Below, one piece after another: positions 26,435-34,032 of a stretch of 34,032 bases of DNA. Below the pieces are notes generated by a model. It did not search any database. It had not been told where the DNA came from and was given only the letters and a program-made list of their open reading frames with translations. Both the position numbers and the translations under genes were made by a program. This DNA comes from Polyangiales bacterium. Its GTDB lineage: Bacteria > Myxococcota_A > Polyangia > Polyangiales > Houyiibacteriaceae. The first letter of the stretch is position 1; every line of letters starts with the position of its first letter. The DNA is taken from contig JBGCFM010000018.1 of the NCBI GenBank assembly GCA_045106895.1, positions 1 to 34,032 of the forward strand, in the 5' to 3' direction.

Positions 26435-27726
26435 GGGGAGGCCTCTTCGGGGCTTGGCGTAGGGGTCGTCGTAGGGCTGGGTTGGGGATCGGACGGAAGC
26501 TCGGAAGCGGGCGGCTCCGGCGGAGCTTGGGGCCGCGGCTGCATCGAGGGCAAGTCCATGACGCCCGCGTATGCCGGGTTTGTCGCGATACGTTCGAAGC
26601 GTACACCGTGTTCGTCTCTCAGGATGCGCGCGGCGGTGCTCGCGACCTCCACGTCACCAGTGGCGAGGGCCACGATGAGCATCGCGTCGTGCGTTTCAAG
26701 GAGACCGGGTTCAAGCTCCACGGCGCGCGCCGCCTCGGCCTTGGCGTCCGACTCGCGCCCTTGCAGAAGCAAAACGCGCGCCCGAAGAGTGAGCCAGTAG
26801 GAGTCAGGGAAGGCTCCATTCAGCGCATCGAGATCTGCGTGCACCGCGTCCCACTGCTCGCGCTCAAAGTGCGCGTCCAGAAGGCGCGCGGAAGCCGCGG
26901 GGTCGTTCGGGAACGTCTCCTCGAACTCATCGAGGAGTGTGAGCCGTCGAGGGTCCTCAAGAGGCAGGAGCGTCGTCGCATCGATGGCGAGACCGAAGAC
27001 CACTCGGTGATGCCGAACGGCTTCCGGAAGTCCAGCATAGAGCGAGAGCGCCCCTTCGACGTTCTGCGCTTGAATCAGCTGGCCAAGATTTCCAATGTCG
27101 ACGGCGTGTTCGATGAGCGGGTTCTCCTGACCCATCGCGCGCTGGAGTGCGCCGGGCCCCTCGATGAAAGCGCCGCGAAACATATCGGCGACGCCTTCGC
27201 TCTGCCAACGACCACCACTCAGCTGAAAGAAGTCGACAATGCGGGGTTGCCCGTCACGTATGGCGAGGAGAAAGTCGAAGAAGTTGACGCCGCCGGTGGC
27301 CATGATCAGTCGAAAACGAGCGACGGGGTGCTCACCCCGCTGGGCGACACCTCGGTAGTTCATGCGATCGCCCACCATCATTCGCTGTCGCAGCTGCAGC
27401 AGGAGGTCGTTCTCCGACGCACCTTGCTCGACGCCTTCGATGAAGCCGCGTCGGGCTTCTGCGCTCGCGCCCTCCGGCAACGTTCGCCCCGCAAGGACCG
27501 CCCAGTCGATGACGCCCTGGGGAACCGTGTCTTGCCGAAGCTGCTCCATGAGCTCGCGGCCAAATGCGTCGACCTGTTCGGCCGTCGCCATCTGAAGGAC
27601 TTCGACCTCTGCAGCCGCCGCGGCTTCATCGGACTCATCCCGGAAGCGGGCCACGGTGAGGGAACCGACGAGGACGCCGATCCCTACAAGTACGACGACG
27701 CCTTTTCGCGGTGTGTCCATGCCCAT
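26431..27726 (-). CDS. Membrane-anchored or exported TPR-containing protein
   Basis: N-terminal hydrophobic helix, TPR-like LRARVLLLQGRESDAKAEAARAVELEP and a Pro-rich tail. 4-nt ATGA overlap with the ABC-F gene. Confidence 0.75.
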   Translation of the reverse strand: MGMDTPRKGVVVLVGIGVLVGSLTVARFRDESDEAAAAAEVEVLQMATAEQVDAFGRELMEQLRQDTVPQGVIDWAVLAGRTLPEGASAEARRGFIEGVEQGASENDLLLQLRQRMMVGDRMNYRGVAQRGEHPVARFRLIMATGGVNFFDFLLAIRDGQPRIVDFFQLSGGRWQSEGVADMFRGAFIEGPGALQRAMGQENPLIEHAVDIGNLGQLIQAQNVEGALSLYAGLPEAVRHHRVVFGLAIDATTLLPLEDPRRLTLLDEFEETFPNDPAASARLLDAHFEREQWDAVHADLDALNGAFPDSYWLTLRARVLLLQGRESDAKAEAARAVELEPGLLETHDAMLIVALATGDVEVASTAARILRDEHGVRFERIATNPAYAGVMDLPSMQPRPQAPPEPPASELPSDPQPSPTTTPTPSPEEASP

Positions 27727-27774
27727 GCGGAGGGCGTATCAGAATCCCCCGCGCCAGGCACGCCGGGGTTCTGC

Positions 27775-28752
27775 TCAATGGGCGCGTTTCCGGAGACGCG
27801 CGAGCTCCCGAAGCACTCCTGGGTCGGCGGCGTCGACATCGAGGGCCGCCGTGAGCCGCGCGACCAACTCATCCGTCTGCCCGAGCCGGTGGAGGGCGAG
27901 GGCAACGAGGTTTGAATCGCTCACGGTCTGGCGCTCGTCGTTGATGAGCCGAAGATGGGCTTCGAAGCATGGCGGCCAGCTACTGGGCTTTGAGTTGTCG
28001 TAGAGAATCTGAAGCAGTCCCGAGCGGAGAGCTTTCCAGCCGAGGGTGCCCACAAGGTCGGCGATCTTCTCCGCCGCGGCATCGGGCGCGCTCTCGGCGA
28101 GAATGCGCGTCAACGCCAGCAACGCACAGTGCGAGTCTCGGTAGCGCTGCGCTCGCCGTAACGATGTCGGGTCCGGTGATGTGGCGATGTAGCGGTCGAA
28201 GTCGGCGAGGGCTTCTTCGACGCGCTTCAGTTTACTCAGCGAAAGCGCACGCCGCATATAGGCGTAGCGGAGGCGCCCTTCGTGTGGGAGCACCTCGGTC
28301 AACTGGAACTCTCCTTTGCCGATGATCAGCTCTTCGCAGATCACCTCGACGATGTGGTCGTAGAACTCGAGGATGTAGTGACCGCACTTAGCAAGGTGCC
28401 GTTGATCGAAGGAGGCCAACCACGTCGACGACTCCACGCGCCAAGCCGCACCGCCCTCTTCGGTGAGCGCGCGATGCCAATAGGAGTGGACCTCTTCGGG
28501 CACGGACTGAAGGACCTGCACCCCATGAAAGACGACCCACCCGTATTCGCTCTGAGCCCCAACGCAGCGTTTGGGCAAGGTCTGAAAGCCTTCCGACGAG
28601 TCCGGTAGCAGGAGGTCCTCCGACCAAAGCCACCGGCGCAGAATAGGACCGCGACCGTCGAAGGGGAATGTTCCAAAGTGATCGACGGCGACGATTTCTG
28701 GGGGCGGAGAGCTCACCACTCCATGCTGTCGCTCTGGGAGCGCCGACGCCAC
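27775..28752 (-). CDS. Hypothetical protein with a central TPR motif (start uncertain)
   Basis: Globular N-terminal domain (HYILEFYDHIVEVICE), TPR AYMRRALSLSKLKRVEEALADFDRYIATSP and a helical C-terminus. Confidence 0.7.
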   Translation of the reverse strand: MASALPERQHGVVSSPPPEIVAVDHFGTFPFDGRGPILRRWLWSEDLLLPDSSEGFQTLPKRCVGAQSEYGWVVFHGVQVLQSVPEEVHSYWHRALTEEGGAAWRVESSTWLASFDQRHLAKCGHYILEFYDHIVEVICEELIIGKGEFQLTEVLPHEGRLRYAYMRRALSLSKLKRVEEALADFDRYIATSPDPTSLRRAQRYRDSHCALLALTRILAESAPDAAAEKIADLVGTLGWKALRSGLLQILYDNSKPSSWPPCFEAHLRLINDERQTVSDSNLVALALHRLGQTDELVARLTAALDVDAADPGVLRELARLRKRAH

Positions 28753-28792
28753 CTATGTAGCGATTGTCTCATAAGACAGGGTACAAAGCCGA

Positions 28793-29996
28793 ATGCCTCA
28801 TCAGGCCCTGCTCTTGCTCGCCGTCGAGCCCGAAGAACGCCGCTTGCGAGTTCGCGTGACGTTGGAGGACCCCAGCGCCAACCCGCCGCTGGACCGGGGC
28901 TTCTTCGTGCGAATGCTGATCACGCTCGCCGGAGAGGTAGGCGGAAACGCCCACATCGACGCGGCGGTCCAGGCCCACCACAGCGGTCCAGGTTACGAAA
29001 GCGCCTTTATCGACCCAAACGCCTGGCGCTTCGTCTCTGGGTACGACGAATTGCTTTGCCCAGAAGATCCTCAGACGCAAGAGACTCGCGTCTTCGAGTA
29101 TGAGGTCAGCGTCGTCGATGCCGCGTGGCTTGATGCCCTGAGCCCGGGACTTGAGTGCGACGACTCCGCGGACTTCAGCTCCGGCGCCGATCCCGTCACT
29201 CCGGAGGAGGCGGCGCTCGTGCCGGACATCCGAGTCGGTGAGGTACTGGCGCCCTTCGAGGATCGCGGACTCGGCTGTGTGGCTATCTCCTCCGACTCCA
29301 CGCTCATTGCGCTGATGCCAGAGATGGGCGCCGTCGTGGTGGTCTTCGACTCCGAGACCCTGCAGGAGGTGCTTCGGCATCCCGCGCCGCTCGCGTGGGA
29401 GTGCACCTTCGTTCCGGGCAGCACCATGCTGGTCTTCGACGCAGACATGCCGGCCATCGACGTGCGCACCGGCGAGACTATCCCTCGTACGGAAGCCGTC
29501 CACTGCTGGGTGCCGCCGAAGACAACAGCCCTGCCTTGGCGCGCCATCTCCAAAGATGGTGGGGTGCGCGTCCTCGAAGAGGAGCTCAAGGGAAGGCGCA
29601 TTCACCGAATCGTCGATGACGAGTGGCAAACGCTGCGACTCATCAAACGCGCACAAGAGCCGCGGGTCACAAGCCCTCTGCCTCTGGGAGACGCGAGACG
29701 CCGACGCGAAGCGGAGAGTGCTCAAGCTGCGTCACGTAAGCGCTGGGCTGGCGCTCTCACCGGACGGTCGCTTCGCGATCACCATGGAGGGCCGCTACCG
29801 ACACACCTAAGTGCGCCGCTTGAGCGACGGCAAGTCCATTCGCCATGGAGCCTCGTGGCACGACCGCGGAGAGTTCGACCAGTGCCATCCAGCATGGTCA
29901 CCGGACGGCACGTTCGTCGTTATGGGTTATCGCGCTCGACTCCCCGGCGGGCAAGGCCGTGTCGAGGTGTGTCGCCTCTCGACGATGTCGCTCTGA
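28793..29996 (+). pseudogene. Disrupted WD40-like beta-propeller protein (frameshift around 29600-29670 and in-frame TAA at 29808-29810)
   Basis: First frame has VAISSDSTLIA and CTFVPGSTMLV, then becomes Arg-rich. Another frame continues LCLWET...LALSPDGRFAIT* VRRLSDGK...PAWSPDGTFVVMG to TGA 29996. Confidence 0.65.
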
Positions 29997-30093
29997 GACA
30001 CGGGGCCGGGCCCACATCGCGCCGCGTCCGTACTCTCAACTCGACGGCGACAAATCGGGCCAAGAATGAGGCGGATAGGTCTAGACTGCGTTC

Positions 30094-31077
30094 ATGGGGT
30101 TCCGGTTGGCACTGCTCTTCGCGTTCATCGCCGGCGCCTGCGACGGGGGCCAAGCCGACTCATCCGCCGTGGAGAGACCCGCTGACCCTGTCGCCGCAAC
30201 CACGACAGCTTCGTCTTGGCCAGGGGTACGGCGTGAGGATGGTTGGCTGGAGCTGCGCGCGGGAAGCTCCACCGGCTGGCTGGTCCTGAGGCGTCTCGAA
30301 GGCAGCTCTTGGCTGCGCGGCTACGCGTATGGAGGGGAAGGCGAGGAAGCTGGACGGGGTCGCACGCGTCGCCCGCTCGCACAGGTCCTGTCATCGGGCG
30401 TTCGCTCTCGGTTCCGCCGATTCTGGCTTCACGCCCAAGTACTTCGTGACCTCTCGGATGGCGAGCACTCGCCCACCGTCGCAGGACATCGAGTGAGCCA
30501 CGACGACCTTGGAGAGTTTCTGGAAGGAAGCGGCGCCGACGTCGATGGCTCTCTCTTTCACGCGGTCGCCGCGCCCTGGGGCGAGTACGCGCTCGAGGTC
30601 ATCTCAGCGCGTCCGGGCACACCTGCGGCGTACTGCGAGGCACACGTCGCGTTTCCTGCAGGCGCCGAGCACGCCCTCATCGGCATCCGTGGAATTGTGG
30701 GCGGGACGGGAGGCTCAGCCAGCTTCGCGCGTTGTCCGGACGACGCGGGCTGGCTTGAAGTCGGCCGAACGCGAGTCGACCTACTCGACGAAGATGCCAG
30801 CTTCTACACCGCTGGCGCGCGGCGGGCGCTGATCTACCCCTCATGTCCCAGCCGTGTGAATGCTCGCGACCTCATTCGCCACGCCCGACATCCTCGGCTC
30901 CGCTTATGCAGCTCGTCGTGCTGCTACGAGGCGAGCGATGCGTTTCGAGCGGAGCTCACGTCCTCGATGGCGAGGCACCGAACCCTGACGAGTTTGATCG
31001 CAGAACGTCCTGATCCTCACGTCTTCGGGTCGGGACCCCAAGGACCGCGCTCAGATGAGTCGCCCAACCCGCGCTAG
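30094..31077 (+). CDS. Hypothetical lipoprotein
   Basis: MGFRLALLFAFIAGA-C lipobox-like N-terminus; TAGACT 6 nt before ATG. Confidence 0.6.
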   Translation: MGFRLALLFAFIAGACDGGQADSSAVERPADPVAATTTASSWPGVRREDGWLELRAGSSTGWLVLRRLEGSSWLRGYAYGGEGEEAGRGRTRRPLAQVLSSGVRSRFRRFWLHAQVLRDLSDGEHSPTVAGHRVSHDDLGEFLEGSGADVDGSLFHAVAAPWGEYALEVISARPGTPAAYCEAHVAFPAGAEHALIGIRGIVGGTGGSASFARCPDDAGWLEVGRTRVDLLDEDASFYTAGARRALIYPSCPSRVNARDLIRHARHPRLRLCSSSCCYEASDAFRAELTSSMARHRTLTSLIAERPDPHVFGSGPQGPRSDESPNPR

Positions 31078-31302
31078 GTCTCCATGCATGTGACCGTTGT
31101 TCTGCGTACGCCTTAGAAGTCACAGAGGCACCCATGGCATTGGACGAAGCTCTACTAGCGTCCTGTCACCGATATTCAGTAGACCCTGCGTCACGTGCTC
31201 TCTGGTTGGCGTGGTTGTAAGTTTGTGACGCGGCACGACAAGGACTCCTGAAACGCATGAACAGCTGTTGAGATCCTCTCAGAGATGGACGACTATTCGC
31301 CC

Positions 31303-33093
31303 ATGATGACACCGCGTCTGCCACTCCTATTACTGGTATGTGCCGGTTGTTCCCTCGCACTGTCCACGGACGAATATCGGGAACCGCAGGTCGGTGACTC
31401 GGGGCCCCCCGCTGACACGAATGACCTCCAAGATTCATTGGTCACTGATGCACGCAGTGGAGACACCGGCGACACCGACTCCGGGGTTGAAGACGCCAAT
31501 GTCCCCGAGATCGACGGTTGTGTTCCGTCGCCGGAGATGTGCAACGGCGTGAACGACGACTGCGACGGCACTGTGGATGAAGACACTTGCAGCGCCCCGA
31601 ACACCGAGGCGATGTGCCAAGCCGGTGGATGCGTCGTCACAGGATGCGACTCTGGGTACAGTGACTGCTCGGACGAAACAGCGGGCTGCGAGACCGCGTG
31701 GGATCGACTCAACTGTGGCGATTGTGGCGATGTCTGCATGGCCACGGAAGCATGCGAAGCTGGTACTTGTGTGGAGCAAACGCTGGATTGGTGGTGGACC
31801 GTCGACCAGGGAGTCGGTGATTCCGAAGCGTTTATCTCGAGTGGTCTGACGCAAAACTATATCCTCACTCGCAACCCTCAGAACGGCAACCCGTCCTTGA
31901 CTCTCACTTCGTCGTCGGGAAGCGTCATCACCTTCAGCGACGGCGTGAGAAATGTGGCGGTGCTCGTCGCGCTCGATGAGACCGGCAGTGAACTATGGCG
32001 AGTTCTGCTTTCCGCCGCTCGACTACGGACCACGGCTATCAGCTCGATCGAAGGCGCAAATGGCGTGTACATCGCAGGAAACTTTCGTGGGGCACTGAGG
32101 GCCGATGGCCCGGGAACCGACGTTGCGATGAGCAGCGTCGGCACGAACAACGATGCGTTCGTGCTGCGCATCGACGTGGCTGGCAATGTTCAGCGACTTG
32201 CCCAGGTAACCGACCGCATTGGCGGAGATGGCAGTCAGAGTCTGAGGGATATGGTCGTAAGTCCCGATGGCACAGTGTTCGCCATTGGCACAAGCAACAC
32301 TGACTTTGCGACCGGTATTGGCCGAGGGTCTGCGCTCGGCGATAGCGAGGTTCCAAGCGGAACCTTCCAGTTCATACTTCGAGTCGGAAGTTCCAATGAT
32401 GTCGCCATTTCGACGCCCCGGGGGTTTTGGGAGTCTGTCGCAGCCGACAATGACAACGTGTACGTCGCCATGCGTTTGGAAGGGAGTATCACTCTTGGTG
32501 GTGTCGAGTATGAAGATGAACGCTTTGTTCCATTCATTGTTGCCTTCAACCACGACCTCGAGCTTCAATGGGCCGAAGCCCCTCTCGCCCCAGGAGATGG
32601 GCAAGGAGAAGATTCTTTCGTTCGGCTTCACGCTGGCAACGAACGCCTCTACGTGAGCCACTCCTTCGACGCGATGCATAGCTTCGGAGGTAGCATGGTG
32701 GGCCCAGGGGGATACGTTGCATCCCTCGCGCCTGCCGATGGAAGTGTCGCCTGGGCTCGACAGCTCGGGATGAGCACTCCCGCTATCGACAGTACGCGAG
32801 ATGAAGTCCATTTCGCGGGTGCTGTCAGTGGAGAGGTCGATCTCGGTGGCCGCCGTCTCATTAATACAAAAACGGTGGATGCCTTCTTCGGCGCGCTTGA
32901 ACCCTCTGGGGTCTACTCGTCCGCCCGACGCTTCGGTGGCTTGAGTGCCGACAGGGCAAATGGGGTGCAAGGAACTTCCACGGGAACCATGGTCGCTGGC
33001 GAATGGTTCACTGCCATGACCGTCGACGGAGAAACACTCGACACCTCTGGCGACCGCGACCTCTTCGTACTTCACTTTTCGGCGGGAGAATAG
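31303..33093 (+). CDS. Cys-rich lipoprotein with a MopE-related putative metal-binding motif and a C-terminal beta-propeller (SBBP-like)
   Basis: LLLLVCAG-C lipobox, EMCNGVNDDCDGTVDE motif, GCET...NCGDCGDVC module, repeats GVYIAGNFRG / DAFVLRID / DLFVLHF. Start is 31303 or 31306. Confidence 0.8.
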   Translation: MMTPRLPLLLLVCAGCSLALSTDEYREPQVGDSGPPADTNDLQDSLVTDARSGDTGDTDSGVEDANVPEIDGCVPSPEMCNGVNDDCDGTVDEDTCSAPNTEAMCQAGGCVVTGCDSGYSDCSDETAGCETAWDRLNCGDCGDVCMATEACEAGTCVEQTLDWWWTVDQGVGDSEAFISSGLTQNYILTRNPQNGNPSLTLTSSSGSVITFSDGVRNVAVLVALDETGSELWRVLLSAARLRTTAISSIEGANGVYIAGNFRGALRADGPGTDVAMSSVGTNNDAFVLRIDVAGNVQRLAQVTDRIGGDGSQSLRDMVVSPDGTVFAIGTSNTDFATGIGRGSALGDSEVPSGTFQFILRVGSSNDVAISTPRGFWESVAADNDNVYVAMRLEGSITLGGVEYEDERFVPFIVAFNHDLELQWAEAPLAPGDGQGEDSFVRLHAGNERLYVSHSFDAMHSFGGSMVGPGGYVASLAPADGSVAWARQLGMSTPAIDSTRDEVHFAGAVSGEVDLGGRRLINTKTVDAFFGALEPSGVYSSARRFGGLSADRANGVQGTSTGTMVAGEWFTAMTVDGETLDTSGDRDLFVLHFSAGE

Positions 33094-33097
33094 GCCA

Positions 33098-33874
33098 ATG
33101 CGTATCACTATTATTGTCTGTGCACTCATGATGAGCACCCTGGTCGAAGCTCAGGACGCGGATGCTCCCTCCGAAGACGAGCGGGCGCAGATCCACTTCA
33201 GGGCGGCGAACGATAGTTTCAGTGCGGGACGCTATGAAGAAGCCTGTGTGTCCTTCCATCGCGCATACGATCTAAGCCAGCGCTCGCCTCTCCTCTACAA
33301 CTTATACCTTTGCGAAGAACGCATCGGAAACTATGCCGAGGCCGCCGACTACCTCGAACAGTTCGTGGAGGCGCAGCCAGACACTGGCGAAAGCTACGAC
33401 GAGCGCATTCGAAACCTACGCGCGCGCGCGTCTCAAGAAGCAGCCGATGCCGCCGCCGCTGCCGCCGTGGAGTCTCCAGTCGTTCCTGAGGAAGAGCCGG
33501 TGGTAGATCCGCCGCCGTCTCCGGAAGAGCAGCCAGAACCTGGGAACCGTCTGATGGTTCCGGCAATGATCGGCTTCGGCGTTGGAGCCGCAGGCCTCAT
33601 CACGTTTGCCACGTTCGGCGGTCTCGCTCTCGGTCAGTCCGGCGATTTTGAAGCGGGTTGCCTCGGCGCGGGCACCTGTAGTGATTCCGACCTCGACCGG
33701 CAGGACACGTTCACAACCGTCGCCGACATCGGCTGGATCACGGGACTTGTGGGTGTCGTGGCGGGGACGATCCTCCTCATTGTAGGTGCGAAGTCGGACG
33801 CGGATTCAAGCGTTGCCGTCGTCCCCTTCTCCGACGGAAGGTCTACGGGCCTCTCCGCATCCGGCACGTTCTGA
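33098..33874 (+). CDS. Secreted TPR protein of myxobacterial type (TPR, Pro-rich linker, hydrophobic C-terminal region)
   Basis: Signal peptide VEA-Q; AQIHFRAA..FSAGRYEEA...F.RAY.LS..P.LLYNL; ends GLSASGTF. Starts 4 nt after the lipoprotein stop. Confidence 0.8.
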   Translation: MRITIIVCALMMSTLVEAQDADAPSEDERAQIHFRAANDSFSAGRYEEACVSFHRAYDLSQRSPLLYNLYLCEERIGNYAEAADYLEQFVEAQPDTGESYDERIRNLRARASQEAADAAAAAAVESPVVPEEEPVVDPPPSPEEQPEPGNRLMVPAMIGFGVGAAGLITFATFGGLALGQSGDFEAGCLGAGTCSDSDLDRQDTFTTVADIGWITGLVGVVAGTILLIVGAKSDADSSVAVVPFSDGRSTGLSASGTF

Positions 33875-33878
33875 CCTA

Positions 33879-34031
33879 CTAGCTCTGGCGTCGGCGGCGT
33901 CGAAGGAGCACAAGTCCCAAGAGTGCCAGCATATAGCCCGCGCTCGGTGCGTCGCTATGAAGCGTACACAGAGCGCCGCCGGTCACGCCGCTGTTTGAAC
34001 CAGGCGGCGGAGGATTCGGGATGGTACCGCC
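33879..34031 (-). CDS. 3' end of a truncated MYXO-CTERM sorting-domain protein (absent from the ORF track)
   Basis: My translation of the reverse strand: GGTIPNPPPPGSNSGVTGGALCTLHSDAPSAGYMLALLGLVLLRRRRRQS*, i.e. Gly-rich/Cys motif, hydrophobic helix and Arg cluster. Confidence 0.85.
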   Translation of the reverse strand, partial: GGTIPNPPPPGSNSGVTGGALCTLHSDAPSAGYMLALLGLVLLRRRRRQS

Positions 34032-34032
34032 A

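Noticed and set aside
25442..27915. Long plus-strand ORFs (452 and 477 aa) and similar antisense ORFs elsewhere
   Set aside because: They mirror well-supported minus-strand genes; long shadow ORFs are expected in high-GC DNA and these carry no motifs.
31230..31250. Sigma-54 promoter (cggcacg)
   Set aside because: The -24-like element lacks a correctly spaced TGC -12 element.

Overview
GC-rich bacterial DNA, most likely Myxococcota (Polyangia/Sandaracinaceae-like). This is inferred from a MYXO-CTERM tail, Cys-rich lipoproteins with Asp-Ala-Gly linkers and a myxobacterial-type TPR gene. About 27 coding regions are present; I found no rRNA, tRNA, CRISPR array or mobile element. Recognisable genes encode an MhuD-like heme-degrading monooxygenase, an M50 site-2 protease-TPR, an alpha/beta hydrolase, a lipoprotein-type BCP/PrxQ, a 2OG-Fe(II) oxygenase, an XRE-STAND-TPR regulator, YaeQ, MAPEG, LysR, DUF1295 and an ABC-F ATPase. 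The best candidate for an undescribed system is a tightly coupled minus-strand operon (12721->8572): a lipoprotein with two WxW motifs, a membrane-anchored beta-propeller/di-heme c protein of the bCcP/MauG superfamily, and an MsrQ-like heme b protein with no MsrP partner in the window. A 1277-aa LamG/CxxCH lipoprotein follows on the same strand. Other observations: a TANNNT-N6/7-start signature at nine genes suggesting widespread leaderless transcription, Notch-like calcium-binding EGF repeats, and frame disruptions in three genes. All functional calls come from motif recognition by eye, without database searches.
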